DNA from: an uncultured delta proteobacterium
Lineage (GTDB): Bacteria > Desulfobacterota > Desulfobacteria > Desulfobacterales > QNYZ01
Assembly: GCA_963845145.1 (NCBI GenBank)
Contig: CAWJQU010000005.1
Location: 1,216,001 to 1,280,000, forward strand
DNA length: 64,000 nt
Direction: 5' to 3'
The position numbers were made by a program, and so were the translations under genes. The notes under the pieces were generated by a model. That model was not told where the DNA came from and searched no databases. It saw nothing but the letters and a program-made list of their open reading frames with translations. Positions 1 through 10,939 of the stretch are shown here, in pieces. Each line of letters begins with the position of its first letter. The stretch's first letter is position 1.

Positions 1-663
1 ATAACCATAGTCGCTAACCGAAAGGGCCATGCGGGCATTTTGCTCTACGAGTAAAATAGTGGTTTTCTCTTTCCGGTTTATTTCCTGAATAATGGAAAAT
101 ATTTCTTCCACCAATAAGGGCGCCAGGCCCAATGAAGGTTCATCCAGCATCATCAAGCGAGGATTGGTCAGCAGAGCCCGGGTAATGGCCAGCATTTGTT
201 GTTCGCCACCGGATAAATACCCGGCCAATTGTTTGATACGTGCCTTGAGAACCGGGAAATAGGTGAAGTATTTATCCATGTGGCGCTTCACACGATTTCG
301 ATCCTTTCGGGTATAAGCCCCGCAGCTAAGGTTTTCCTCTACGGTTAGATCTTCGAAAATACGACGTCCTTCCATGACCTGGACGATCCCTTTGCGAACG
401 ATCTGGTGGGGGGCAAGGCCGGATAGAGGATTGTTTTGAAATTCAATCACGCCGTTGGCAATCTCACCGTCTTCTAAAGGCAATAAACCGCTAATCGCTT
501 TTAAAGTGGTGCTTTTGCCAGCACCATTGCTGCCCAGCAAAGCCACAATGCTGCCTTTTTCTACTTGTAAAGAAAGGCCTTTCAGGACCAGCACGACGTG
601 GTGATATACAACCTCGAGGTTGTTCACCTTTAAAAGCGGATGGACTATATGCGGTTCAATCAT
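1..663 (-). CDS. livF: Branched-chain amino acid-type ABC transporter ATP-binding protein (LivF-like), runs off the window edge
   Basis: Manual translation from ATG at 663: MIEPHIVHPLLKVNNLEV...GSNGAGKST (Walker A)...LSGGEQQM...MLDEPSLGLAP...LLVEQNA. Confidence 0.9.
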   Translation of the reverse strand, partial: MIEPHIVHPLLKVNNLEVVYHHVVLVLKGLSLQVEKGSIVALLGSNGAGKSTTLKAISGLLPLEDGEIANGVIEFQNNPLSGLAPHQIVRKGIVQVMEGRRIFEDLTVEENLSCGAYTRKDRNRVKRHMDKYFTYFPVLKARIKQLAGYLSGGEQQMLAITRALLTNPRLMMLDEPSLGLAPLLVEEIFSIIQEINRKEKTTILLVEQNARMALSVSDYGY

Positions 664-753
664 GAAAAGGGTGACTCACCATTAATGCACGCAAGCGATA
701 AATCCATAAAAACCCGAAGAGGCCGGCGGCCAGGGTCTCCTCGGGCAATGAGG

Positions 754-1938
754 TTACTCGTCTAAATAAATCCAATCCGAAGCAGGGGTAAATTCTCCCC
801 CCTTGGCAACATACACCTTGCCCACAGCTGTCGCGTTGGAGCTTTTAAATCCAATTGTCCCGGCAAAGCCTTGGGTATCCCAATCCTTGACTTTGGGGAT
901 CATGTTCTTAAGATTCTCACCCGTGAACGCAAGCCCCTCGGCGTGACATAGCTCGGCAAGTTTAGCGAAAATCATCCCGGTAAACCAACCTTGCATGTAC
1001 GAATTGGGGCGGTATTGAACGTCCGAATGATGGCGTTTGTTAAAATCCCGAATTTTTTGAATCATGGGGACATCGGTGTGATACCAGTATGCGTAGGGAT
1101 TGACGCCCATAAACCCTTCACCATCAGCTGCCAGTGCGTCTAAAAGCATTTTGGACATGGTCCAGAAAGAGCCCATAAAAGTGGTTGTCATTCCAAAATC
1201 CTTAGCTCCGCGAATGATCGCCGGGATCGGCGGCACCACGTATCCCTGGAAAATACAAAAGTCCGGATTGTTTCGTTTCAGATCTAGTAGCTGGCTGGTA
1301 GTGTCCACTGCACCCACCGCTGTGACTTCCTCGGCGACAACCTCAATTCCCAACTTTTTGGCCATCTCGCGGGCATACGGAATGGGGTCGCGTCCAAACT
1401 CGGTGTCACTGTAAAAGAAAGCCACCGTCGGCTTTTTTCCTTTTTGCTTAGGATTGGCGGCGATATACTTCAACAAAATCCCAAACTGCTGGGCATAGGT
1501 CGGGCCTGAAACAAACATGTAGGGATTTTTTTCGCGGTCAGCCAATTCCTGGGAAAACGAAGTGGAACCGTAAAGAACATGATAGCGGCTGTTGATTTCC
1601 GGTGCCAGCGCTTTGCCCTCGCCTGTGGATTCGCCATAGTTCATGGCCGGCGTGTGTTTGGCCATCTGCTTTTTGAATGTGGCCACAGCCCGGTTGAGAT
1701 CGTAACCGGTGTCTTCATAGATGTATTCAAACTTTTTTCCGGCCACGCCACCATTTTCATTGGCAAAGGCCATTGCATCCGCCAGTCCCTGATGGATGTG
1801 TTTACCGGCAAAAGCAAAGCGACCGGTTAAGGGTTGCTGGGCGGTAATTTTAATCGTGTCCTGGGCAAAAACATTTCCGACGGCCATCATTATTAATAAA
1901 GCCACCACCAGAGAAATCGTCCTTTTGTTTGTTTCCAT
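754..1938 (-). CDS. ABC transporter substrate-binding protein (LivJ/K, Peripla_BP_6 type)
   Basis: Signal peptide, PLTGRFAFAG motif, position inside a liv-type cluster. Confidence 0.88.
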   Translation of the reverse strand: METNKRTISLVVALLIMMAVGNVFAQDTIKITAQQPLTGRFAFAGKHIHQGLADAMAFANENGGVAGKKFEYIYEDTGYDLNRAVATFKKQMAKHTPAMNYGESTGEGKALAPEINSRYHVLYGSTSFSQELADREKNPYMFVSGPTYAQQFGILLKYIAANPKQKGKKPTVAFFYSDTEFGRDPIPYAREMAKKLGIEVVAEEVTAVGAVDTTSQLLDLKRNNPDFCIFQGYVVPPIPAIIRGAKDFGMTTTFMGSFWTMSKMLLDALAADGEGFMGVNPYAYWYHTDVPMIQKIRDFNKRHHSDVQYRPNSYMQGWFTGMIFAKLAELCHAEGLAFTGENLKNMIPKVKDWDTQGFAGTIGFKSSNATAVGKVYVAKGGEFTPASDWIYLDE

Positions 1939-2065
1939 TTTCTCCTCCCGTTTTCAAATAAAAATTTGATTTGAACGTTCGGTCAACCGCTATGATCCGT
2001 GAATTTTATGGATGGCATAGGGCCCCCCTCCTTTTTGCCCTATGTCAATAAAGGTGATTCATTTT

Positions 2066-3109
2066 CTAGTAATCAAACGGCCAGATCCGAAAAAAATTTT
2101 TAATCCGACGCCAGATTTCAGCCAGTCCATGGGGTTCAAAGACTAGAAAGATGACGATTAAAAAGCCGAAAACAACGGTTTGTAAAGGATATAGGTAGCT
2201 CATGACAGTTGGATTGAAACCCTGCAATAGCCCCAGTAAATTCTGTAACAACTCAGGAATCATCGTCATGAAAATGGCTCCGAAAATGGACCCCAAGACG
2301 GAGCCCAGGCCGCCAACAATAATCATGGCCAGGTATCGGATACTTTCATGCAAAGGGAAGTGTTCGGGGGTAACGATTCTGAGCATATAGGCGCTTAAGC
2401 AACCGGCTACCCCGGCATAAAAGGAGCTCGCGGCGAACGCATAGAGTTTGTATTTAAACAGGTTAATGCCCATCAGTTCGGCCGATATGTCACGGTCACG
2501 AATAGCGATAAAGGCGCGTCCCACACGGGTGCGGAAAAGATTCCGGGCGGCAGTCACCATCAGGATGACGATCGGGGCGGTAATAAAATACAGCTTAAAC
2601 TCCGTATCCAAAGTGACACCAAACATTTGTGCGGCGGGGATGTTAATGCCCCTGATTCCACCTGTCATCGATTCCCAGTGAACGAAGACAAATTCGAAGA
2701 TTACCTGGGCGGCCAGGGTAGCGATGCACAAGTATAAGCCTTTCATTCGCATGGAAGGCGCACCGACCAACACACCGAAGAAGGCGGATGACAGCCCCGC
2801 GAGGGGCAGGCAAAGCAAAAAGGGCAAGTCCAAACGGGTGGTCAGAATACCGGCCGTGTAGGCTCCGATACCGATGAAAGCCGCATGGCCCAGTGATATC
2901 TGGCCGGCGGCACCGGTGAGGATATTGAGCCCCACGGCAGCGATAATGGCGACCCCGGTTATATTGGCGAGATAGACCAGGTAAGGTCCGGCGACAAACG
3001 GAAAGATGGTCAGGGCCGCAAAAAGGACGATTAGCCAGAACTTAACGGTACCGGAACGAAAGACCGCTTCGTCCGCTGCATAGGTTTCCTTAAAATCGCC
3101 GATGCGCAT
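2066..3109 (-). CDS. livM: Branched-chain amino acid ABC permease (LivM-like)
   Basis: GQISLGHAAF, GLYLCIATLA, GRAFIAIRD, IVGGLGSVLG motifs; hydrophobic. Confidence 0.9.
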   Translation of the reverse strand: MRIGDFKETYAADEAVFRSGTVKFWLIVLFAALTIFPFVAGPYLVYLANITGVAIIAAVGLNILTGAAGQISLGHAAFIGIGAYTAGILTTRLDLPFLLCLPLAGLSSAFFGVLVGAPSMRMKGLYLCIATLAAQVIFEFVFVHWESMTGGIRGINIPAAQMFGVTLDTEFKLYFITAPIVILMVTAARNLFRTRVGRAFIAIRDRDISAELMGINLFKYKLYAFAASSFYAGVAGCLSAYMLRIVTPEHFPLHESIRYLAMIIVGGLGSVLGSIFGAIFMTMIPELLQNLLGLLQGFNPTVMSYLYPLQTVVFGFLIVIFLVFEPHGLAEIWRRIKNFFRIWPFDY

Positions 3110-3143
3110 TTATCTTGCCTTATTTGGCCAATTCGTATGCCGA

Positions 3144-4028
3144 CTAAAGCCGTTCTATCTCTTTTTTCCCAAATAACCCATAGGGTTTTACCATCAGGAT
3201 AATGACGAGCACGACAAATGGCGCCACATCCTTAACACCGCCACCCACATAGGGGTCCAGATAGCCGCCGGCCAAGTTTTCGACTAACCCCACAATGAAC
3301 CCACCTATCACTGCACCGGCAATGGAATCCAAACCGCCGAGTATAACCACGGGAAATATCTTGAGCCCGATATGGCCCAAGGTGGGCTGGATACCGCCCA
3401 TGTTACCGATAATCACACCACCCAGGGAGGCTGCCATCGCACCAAAGGCCCAGGCCAGGGTGAACATGGAGCGGACGTTGATACCCATGGAAAAAGAAGC
3501 CATCTGGTCGGCAGCGGTGGCGCGCATGGCGATACCTATCTTGGCGTACTTGAATAAAACGGCAAAAAAAGTGATTGCCACCATGGCGATACAAAACCCC
3601 CAGAACAGGTTGGCGCGTATAATAATCCCGCCCATAACAATGGGAGCGCGTGGAAACAGGGGCGGAAAGCTTTTAAAATCAGAGGACCAGATCATCTCGG
3701 CCAGACCCATGAGGATCGAAGAGAGACCGATGGTCACCATAATAATGCTGATGACCGGTTGGCCCAGCATATGTTTTAAGATGGTTCGTTCAACCAAAAA
3801 ACCCAGCCCGGCCGCACAGAACATGACCAGGATAAAGGAAAGAATCGTAGGCAGACCCGCCATTACCATGAAGGTATAGAAGAAATAAGCCCCGATCATC
3901 ATAAATTCACCCGTGGCGAAGTTGATGATACTGGTTGCCTTGTAGATTAGAACGAAGCCCAGAGCGATAAGGGCATAAACGCCTCCCACCGCTATCCCGC
4001 TGACAATGAGTTGTATCAGGATGTCCAT
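3144..4028 (-). CDS. livH: Branched-chain amino acid ABC permease (LivH-like)
   Basis: YALIALGFVLIYK..INFA.GE, GIAMRA, VILGGLDSI.GA motifs. Confidence 0.9.
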   Translation of the reverse strand: MDILIQLIVSGIAVGGVYALIALGFVLIYKATSIINFATGEFMMIGAYFFYTFMVMAGLPTILSFILVMFCAAGLGFLVERTILKHMLGQPVISIIMVTIGLSSILMGLAEMIWSSDFKSFPPLFPRAPIVMGGIIIRANLFWGFCIAMVAITFFAVLFKYAKIGIAMRATAADQMASFSMGINVRSMFTLAWAFGAMAASLGGVIIGNMGGIQPTLGHIGLKIFPVVILGGLDSIAGAVIGGFIVGLVENLAGGYLDPYVGGGVKDVAPFVVLVIILMVKPYGLFGKKEIERL

Positions 4029-4029
4029 A

Positions 4030-4815
4030 TCATTCCTTTTTTTCGCCCAGATAGGCTTTTACCACTTCAGGATGATGCTGCACTTCCCGGGGTGTTCCCT
4101 CGGCAATTTTTTGCCCAAAATTGACCACAAGGACCCGGTCACTGATATCCATGATAACGCTCATGTCGTGTTCGATCAGCACAATGGTCAACTCGCGCTC
4201 CTCCTTGATGTCCAAAATGAAGCGGGCCATATCCTCCGTCTCTTCGGCATTCATGCCTGCCACCGGTTCGTCCATCAGAAGGACTTTCGGTTTCATCGCC
4301 AGTGCCCGGGCAAGTTCAACCCGTTTCTGCTGGCCATATGACAAGGAGGCTACCGGTAGTTTGCGGATGTTTTCAATCTCAAGAAAGTCGATGATCTCTT
4401 CTTCGACGCTGCGTCGTAAAGCCATCTCCTCGCGGTGGGCGGCGCCCCAGTATAAAAAAGCAGACAAAAGGCCGGTCTTGAGGTGGGCATGTGCACCGAG
4501 TTTGATATTGTCCAGGACGGTCATGCCACGGTACAGGGCGATATTTTGAAAGGTTCGGGCCAGGCCGATTTTGGCCCGACGATCGGGCGACATCTTGTTT
4601 ATCTCTGTTTTTTCAAACAGGATGCGACCTTCGTTGGGTTGATAAAACCCACCGATACAATTTAATATGGACGTTTTTCCGGCACCATTGGGACCAATAA
4701 TGCTATAGATTTCACCCGAGTCAACAGAGAAACTGATGTCATTTAATACTCGGAGGCCGCCAAAAGAAAGGCTTAAGCCCTCAACCGATAGGACCGTCAT
4801 CGAATTTTTTACCAA
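4030..4815 (-). CDS. livG: ABC transporter ATP-binding protein (LivG-like)
   Basis: GPNGAGKT, ARTFQN, LSYGQQKRVELARAL, IEHDM, C-terminal V.KAYLG. Confidence 0.9.
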   Translation of the reverse strand: MVKNSMTVLSVEGLSLSFGGLRVLNDISFSVDSGEIYSIIGPNGAGKTSILNCIGGFYQPNEGRILFEKTEINKMSPDRRAKIGLARTFQNIALYRGMTVLDNIKLGAHAHLKTGLLSAFLYWGAAHREEMALRRSVEEEIIDFLEIENIRKLPVASLSYGQQKRVELARALAMKPKVLLMDEPVAGMNAEETEDMARFILDIKEERELTIVLIEHDMSVIMDISDRVLVVNFGQKIAEGTPREVQHHPEVVKAYLGEKKE

Positions 4816-4909
4816 ATTTGGTAATCTCCAATCCAGATTCTAATCCAATTTCGATCTTTACCCCATTCCGGTTTCGACCTCTAACCCACTTCAGCTCTTG
4901 CGTTGGATT

Positions 4910-6499
4910 TTACACCCTTATGGTTTCCCCTACCCTGGGAACAAAAGCGGAAAATCCTTCCTTGCCCAGCAAACCGGCAAAGGCTTGGGATTGTTTCTCC
5001 TCACCGTGAACCACGGCAATTCGTTTAATTTTTAGATTTGATTTTTTTAAAAAACGAAGCAACTCCGACTGGTCGCCGTGGGCGCTGAATCCGCCGAGCT
5101 TGATGACTTCCGCCTTGAGCGGATATTCCTTGCCGAGTATTTTAACCAAGGGGGCATCGCCTTTTTGATCGCCTTTGGCCCATTGGGTTCCCTGCTCCAG
5201 AATTCGGCGTCCGAGGGTATGGGCGGCCATGAACCCCACAATCAGTATTGTATGTTTTTTATTGTGAATTTTATGGCGAAGATGGTGCAGGATTCTTCCG
5301 CCTTCGATCATTCCCGAAGCAGAGATGACAATATGGGGTTTTTGTTCACGGTTAAGGGCCATGGAGGCTTCCACCGTTTTTACGAAATCAATTTGTTTAA
5401 ATGAAAAAGGGTTGTTGCCTTCGGACAGAAACTTTTGCATGGTTTCGTTATCATATACTTCCGGATGTTCACCGTAGACCCGGGTTAGCCGGGTGGCAAG
5501 GGGGCTGTCCACATGGACTGGAATTGGCGGTACTTCTTTGGCATCATAAAGTTCATGGAGGCGATAGATTAACTCTTGCGTACGTCCAAAGGCAAAGGCC
5601 GGGATGATGACGGTGCCCCCCCGGTCATAGGTATCGGTGATCACCTTTTTGAGCATGGGCCCCATATCTATTATCGGTTCGTGCAACCGATCGCCGTAAG
5701 TACTCTCCATGATCAACAGGTCAAGATTACGGTCTTCTTCATTAAAGTCGGTGGTGGGGTCTCTTAGGATGGCCGTGCCGAAACGACCCAGATCACCGGT
5801 GTATCCAATGGTGAAGGTTTTTCCGGCTTTTTTAACTTTTACAATGGAGATGGCCGATCCCATGATGTGGCCGGCGTCATAAAAAGTGCAGGTCATATCC
5901 TTACCGATGGTGACCGGGTCACGGTAGGGGTAACCCTTAAAATAGGTGAGGGCCTGTTCCGCGTCCTCCGTTGTATATAATGGTTTGACGCCATCCAGGC
6001 GGTATTCACCAATGAGCCCGTCGATGGCTTCGGTATTGATCCGACGGCCTTTCTTCAGCCTGGCCCGGATCTCCTTTTGATCCTTGTCGCTCAATTTTTT
6101 TCCCGTTACCGAGGATTTCATTTTGGAAATCGCATTGCGAACGGTTTTATAATTCAAATACGAGGCATCGGACTCCTGAATACGGGCCGAATCGTGGAGT
6201 AAATATTCGCAGGCATCAGCCGTGGGTCGCGTACAATAAATGTGGCCGTGAAAATCTTTGTTGGCGATCATGGGAATTCGACCGGAATGGTCGATGTGGG
6301 CGTGGGATAATACAATATTGGTAATCATTTTCGGATCAACGGGCATCACGCGATTTTTTTCCGCGCTCTCTTTTCGACGCCCCTGAAACATGCCGCAGTC
6401 AAAGATGATTCGATCCTCTCCTGTGTCCAACAAATGCATTGAGCCGGTCACTTCCCGGGTCGCCCCATAACAAGTCACGTTCATTTGCAGATTCTCCAT
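4910..6499 (-). CDS. MBL-fold metallo-hydrolase, beta-CASP RNase family
   Basis: GATREVTGS, DCGMFQG, HAHIDHSG, AGHIMGS, MESTYGDR, PAFAFGRTQE, FSAHGD, VHGE motifs. Confidence 0.9.
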   Translation of the reverse strand: MENLQMNVTCYGATREVTGSMHLLDTGEDRIIFDCGMFQGRRKESAEKNRVMPVDPKMITNIVLSHAHIDHSGRIPMIANKDFHGHIYCTRPTADACEYLLHDSARIQESDASYLNYKTVRNAISKMKSSVTGKKLSDKDQKEIRARLKKGRRINTEAIDGLIGEYRLDGVKPLYTTEDAEQALTYFKGYPYRDPVTIGKDMTCTFYDAGHIMGSAISIVKVKKAGKTFTIGYTGDLGRFGTAILRDPTTDFNEEDRNLDLLIMESTYGDRLHEPIIDMGPMLKKVITDTYDRGGTVIIPAFAFGRTQELIYRLHELYDAKEVPPIPVHVDSPLATRLTRVYGEHPEVYDNETMQKFLSEGNNPFSFKQIDFVKTVEASMALNREQKPHIVISASGMIEGGRILHHLRHKIHNKKHTILIVGFMAAHTLGRRILEQGTQWAKGDQKGDAPLVKILGKEYPLKAEVIKLGGFSAHGDQSELLRFLKKSNLKIKRIAVVHGEEKQSQAFAGLLGKEGFSAFVPRVGETIRV

Positions 6500-6923
6500 T
6501 TATCCATAATTTTATGCTCACCCCAAATGGCAAATTGTTGATTGGCCTAAGGCCGCGGCGTTTTTTGAAAGTGCATGCCGTGCGAGCTGCCCTGATATTG
6601 ATTTTTAAAACGAAACAAACCAAGTGTGGAATCCAAGATGTCGTACTTGGATGGCTTCAAGTACGGATACCATAACGTTTTCCGGGCATATCCGTCAAGG
6701 TTTCTACTTGAGATTGTCCTGGTAAAGTCCCTTTAAGTCCTTGATATTTGCACCGGGCGAGATTAATTTAAATTTAGCCGTTAAAGAAAACGGCAACCTC
6801 GGAATCAGGATAGTGAAAAGAAAAGTGGGAGGTGGACGCTCTGAATTTAAAACAAGAGCGAATTATGATCGATGTTGAAAAATTCACGACTACCATTGTG
6901 AAAAACGCGACTGTCGGCAGATC

Positions 6924-7811
6924 ATGAAAATTGCGCTGATTGCCAATCCGCGTTCAGGCGGAAAAAACAGTGAAAAGCGGATTTATCCCATCATACGAAC
7001 GTTAAAATCTGCCGGATTTGGAATCGAGTTGTTTGTCTCTCGCCACCACGGCCACGTGATGGAGATTATGCGTGATATCGATCCGGCCTGCTTCGACGCC
7101 ATCATTGCCATGGGTGGAGATGGCACCAATTACCAGGTGCTCAACGGGCTTTTGAAATACCATCCGTATGAATCTGTGCCGCCACTGGGCATCATCCCAT
7201 TGGGCCGGGGAAACTCATTTGCCCGGGACTTGCCGATTCGAAGCGTCCGGGAAAGTATAAAGGCCGTGATTCGAAAATCCACACGCCCGGTCGATGTCTG
7301 CACATTTACCCAAAAAGATGAAATCTATTACTTTGTCAATTTACTGGGAATCGGCTTTGTCACCGATGTCGCCCGTACGGCGGCGCGATATCCCCTGGCC
7401 GGCGATTTGAGTTATGTGATCGGTGTTTTTCACCGGGTGATCCGATTGCCATTTCACCGCATGCATCTCGAAATCGACGGCGAAACGATCGTTCAAAGAA
7501 ATTGTTTTGTCGAAATCTGTAACTCCCGGTATACGGGCGGCGCCATGCTCATGGCCCCGGATGCACGCATCGATGACGGCTGGTTTGATGTCGTGATCCT
7601 CGGTCCATTAACCCGGTGGAGCCTGCTGAAGACGTTTCCCAAAATTTTTAAAGGCACCCATGGTGAAAATCCGGCCGTGCGGTTTGTGCGTGGAAAGCAC
7701 GCGAAAATTATTACGACTCCGGAAAAAAATATGCTGCCGGATGGCGAATGTTTTGGCACCACCGAAACCACTATTGGTATTTTGCCGGGGCATGTGAGGT
7801 ATTTTTGTTAA
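6924..7811 (+). CDS. Diacylglycerol/lipid kinase family protein (YegS/DagK-like)
   Basis: IANPRSGG, GGDGT, PLGRGNSFARDL, DGE motifs. Confidence 0.88.
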   Translation: MKIALIANPRSGGKNSEKRIYPIIRTLKSAGFGIELFVSRHHGHVMEIMRDIDPACFDAIIAMGGDGTNYQVLNGLLKYHPYESVPPLGIIPLGRGNSFARDLPIRSVRESIKAVIRKSTRPVDVCTFTQKDEIYYFVNLLGIGFVTDVARTAARYPLAGDLSYVIGVFHRVIRLPFHRMHLEIDGETIVQRNCFVEICNSRYTGGAMLMAPDARIDDGWFDVVILGPLTRWSLLKTFPKIFKGTHGENPAVRFVRGKHAKIITTPEKNMLPDGECFGTTETTIGILPGHVRYFC

Positions 7812-8523
7812 AATTCATTCAATCGATCCTGCTTTGGGGTGTGGGTGGCCTGCATTTTCTCATGATTTTTATGGTCATTGCCACCGGTCTATTTTTTTTT
7901 AAAGCCAAAACCATTTTCCCTATGGTTCGAATGCTGGCACGAAGCCAATTGCGCATCGTGGGACTTCGCCTAAAGGTGGTAGGGCTCGAAAATTTTGAAA
8001 ACGGCCGCACCTATCTCATGCTGGGTAACCATGAAAGCCTGTTTGATGCGTTTGCCGTACCGGCGTCCATTCCGCATCATGCCGTGGGAATTGAGGCCGC
8101 AGGTCATTTTAAATGGCCGCTGTGGGGCTATTTGACCCGAAAGTGGGGCAATATCCCCGTTATCAGAACCAATTTACCCAAAGCCATTGAAAGCCTGCAA
8201 AAAGCGGCGGGTGTGATTGCCTCGGGCACACCGGTAATCGTACTGCCCGAAGGCCACCGAACCCTCACGGGTCACTTCAGTGAATTCAAAAAAGGTCCTT
8301 TTCATTTGGCCAAAGCCGCCAAAGCGGATATTCTCCCGTTTATTTTGAGCGGGTTGTATGAATTTAACAATAAAAACAGCTGGCATCTAAATCCGGGAAC
8401 GGCCCGTGTTGTTTTCGGGGCTCCCATCCCCTATAAATCGGTTGACATCTTTCCGTAGAAGAGCTCAGGTCCCGGGTAAGAAACCGTATGATCGAATTAA
8501 AGAAAGCCGCTGATCTTATCTGA
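7808..8523 (+). CDS. plsC: 1-acyl-sn-glycerol-3-phosphate acyltransferase (PlsC-like); apparent indel near 8443
   Basis: NHESLFD, PEGHRT, FKKGPF motifs. ORF track stops at 8458, but another frame continues HLSVEELRSRVRNRMIELKKAADLI* to 8523. Start uncertain (7748 in track, TTG at ~7808 plausible). Confidence 0.8.
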
Positions 8524-8674
8524 TCTATTTCACTTATTAAAAAATCAATATCATGTGACTTTCGGCTATAATTTTCGAAATATTTACTGAATGCATCAGT
8601 TATAATAATAATTATTGACAGATACATCATATTTATCTAATAGGCTTTAAGATGCTACTGAAGGAAACGGAATT

Positions 8675-9124
8675 ATGAAAATTGATGATCTGAATATCGA
8701 CATCATTCGCCATCTTCGTGATGGTCGGAAATCTTTTAAAATCATCGCTGAGGAGCTGGGTGTCGCCGAAAACACCATACGGACGCGAGTCGCCAAGCTT
8801 GAAGATGAGGGGGTCCTGGAGGTTACCGGGCTGGTGGATCCCGAAGCCGTTCCCCACCACCGGGTCGTTATGGTGGGTGTGAAATTGGCGACCATGAATC
8901 TGGTTACTAAAGGTGAAGAGTTCAGCAAGTGCCGCGGGGTTGTCTCGGTTAGCGTGGTCACCGGCCGCTTTGACCTGATTCTCGTTGTTTTGCTGAAAGA
9001 GGGTTTCGATCTGCTGGAGTTTTATACCGAAGAAGTGTCCAAAGTGGAGGGGGTCCAAAACGTAGAAACCTTCGTCATATATAAAAGTTACAACTTAAAG
9101 GTTCCCTATATTTTTACAGATTAG
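8675..9124 (+). CDS. Lrp/AsnC family transcriptional regulator
   Basis: IDDLNIDII..L.DGRKSF..IA.ELGVAENTIRTRV HTH; VTGRFDL effector domain. Confidence 0.9.
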   Translation: MKIDDLNIDIIRHLRDGRKSFKIIAEELGVAENTIRTRVAKLEDEGVLEVTGLVDPEAVPHHRVVMVGVKLATMNLVTKGEEFSKCRGVVSVSVVTGRFDLILVVLLKEGFDLLEFYTEEVSKVEGVQNVETFVIYKSYNLKVPYIFTD

Positions 9125-9131
9125 ACCTATT

Positions 9132-10421
9132 ATGGAGAAGCATCACCGCATGACAACACCCGTGAAAATAACGCCCCTTAATGCCTGGCACCGCGAAAAA
9201 GGGGGCAACATGGCTGATTTCGGTGGCTACGATATGCCGCTGTGGTATTCATCGGTCAAAGAGGAGCATCTGGCCGTGCTGACCGGTGCCGGTGTTTTCG
9301 ATACGAGCCACATGGCTGCCATCAGCATCACCGGTCCCGGGGCCGCCGCTCTGATTCAGCACTGCTTTACCAATAATTTGGAGGCTTGTGTGGGGCGCAG
9401 CGGGAAACCACTTTCCCCTGGCCGATGCGTGTATGGCGCCTTTTTGGACGAAAACGGGCACACCCTCGACGATGCCATCGTTTTTTTTATGCGGAAGGAT
9501 ACCTATCTGGTGGTGGTTAACGCCGGTATGGGTCGCACGATTTGTGATCATCTTAACCGACATATTGATGGGCGGGATGCCACCGTGGCCGATCTCACCG
9601 ATCGGCTGGGAAAAATAGACATCCAGGGGCCGATGGCGGCCAAGATCCTCGGGGAGGTCCTGGCAGATCCGGAAGTTGTATTTGCCGCGCTGCCCTACTT
9701 CTCCTTTAAAGGGCATTTTGATGACGCCTCGCCTTTAGCCGATACGGTTCGTCTGGACGACGGCACCCCTATTCTTCTGTCGCGCACCGGCTACACCGGC
9801 GAGTTCGGTTTCGAGATTTTCCTGGCGCCGGATAAAATCCGGTATTTATGGGAACGCATCCTTACAGTCGGAGAATCCCACGGTATTAAACCCTGCGGAT
9901 TAGCCGCCCGGGACAGCCTGCGGGCCGGCGCCGTGTTACCTCTATCCCATCAGGATATCAATGGCTGGCCCTTTATCAACCACCCCTGGCCTTTCGCCCT
10001 TCCGTTTACCGATGATCAGGGCGGGTTTACCAAAGACTTCATCGGCCGGGCCGCCTTGGAAAACCCAACGGACGTTGCTTTTACCCAGACCTTTGTGGGT
10101 AAGGACCCGCGCAAGGTTTCAGCCGGGGACGAGTCCCGGGTAATCGATACCGGCGGTCGTGACATTGGGCGGGTGCTCACCTGCGTTACAGACATGGGCA
10201 TCGGTTGCCATGGGGGGCGTATTTTCAGCATTGCCGGCCCAGACCGGCCGGAAGGCTTTAAAGCCAAGGGGGTGTGCTGCGGATTCGTAAAAGTCGATAG
10301 ACCGCTGTCTCTCGGCGAGGAAGTGAATATCGCCGGCCGCCGGCGGACCATTACGGTCACGATCACGGACGATGTGCGTCCCCACCGCACCGCCCGTAAA
10401 CCCATGGCCGATATGATCTGA
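9132..10421 (+). CDS. gcvT: Glycine cleavage system T protein (aminomethyltransferase)
   Basis: FGGYDMPLWY, FDTSHM, SRTGYTGEFGFE, GLAARDSLR; adjacent to gcvH/P. Alternative start 9150. Confidence 0.9.
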   Translation: MEKHHRMTTPVKITPLNAWHREKGGNMADFGGYDMPLWYSSVKEEHLAVLTGAGVFDTSHMAAISITGPGAAALIQHCFTNNLEACVGRSGKPLSPGRCVYGAFLDENGHTLDDAIVFFMRKDTYLVVVNAGMGRTICDHLNRHIDGRDATVADLTDRLGKIDIQGPMAAKILGEVLADPEVVFAALPYFSFKGHFDDASPLADTVRLDDGTPILLSRTGYTGEFGFEIFLAPDKIRYLWERILTVGESHGIKPCGLAARDSLRAGAVLPLSHQDINGWPFINHPWPFALPFTDDQGGFTKDFIGRAALENPTDVAFTQTFVGKDPRKVSAGDESRVIDTGGRDIGRVLTCVTDMGIGCHGGRIFSIAGPDRPEGFKAKGVCCGFVKVDRPLSLGEEVNIAGRRRTITVTITDDVRPHRTARKPMADMI

Positions 10422-10534
10422 CCCCGTGAGAATCATATATGGCTATCTGTATGGATAACTGCAAGGTTAGCGGCATGGCTTAGCCGGGAACCCGTCGCCG
10501 TGTTCCCATAAAAAAAACTGCAGGGAGGAATAAC

Positions 10535-10933
10535 ATGAAAGAGATCAGCGATCTGATTTTACCGGAAGATGTAACCTACACCGATGATCACGAATGGGCC
10601 AAAGTTGATGGTGATGTGGTGCGTATGGGGGTATCCGATTATGCCCAGGATCAGCTGGGGGATATCGTTTTCGTGGAGTTGCCCGAAGTGGGCAGCACGT
10701 TTGAAAAGGGCGAGGAATTTGGCACAGTGGAATCGGTGAAGGCCGTATCTGAGCTTTACATGCCCATCAGTGGCGAGATAACGGCCATCAACGAAGCCCT
10801 GGCCGATGAACCCGAACAGGTCAATAGCGACCCATACAACGGCGGATGGATGATCGAAGTCAAAGCTGATGATCCCGCCCAAATGGACGCACTTTTATCC
10901 AAGGCCGACTACCTTGAGATGCTGAAAGGATAA
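10535..10933 (+). CDS. gcvH: Glycine cleavage system H protein
   Basis: HEW, GVSDYAQDQLGDIVFVELP, VESVKAVSE lipoyl-Lys motif, DPYNGGWM. Confidence 0.97.
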   Translation: MKEISDLILPEDVTYTDDHEWAKVDGDVVRMGVSDYAQDQLGDIVFVELPEVGSTFEKGEEFGTVESVKAVSELYMPISGEITAINEALADEPEQVNSDPYNGGWMIEVKADDPAQMDALLSKADYLEMLKG

Positions 10934-10939
10934 ATCATC

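Noticed and set aside
712..2044. Hairpins flanking the substrate-binding gene (about 713-745 and 2017-2044)
   Set aside because: Consistent with ordinary mRNA-stabilising stems around ABC binding-protein genes; no evidence for a riboswitch.
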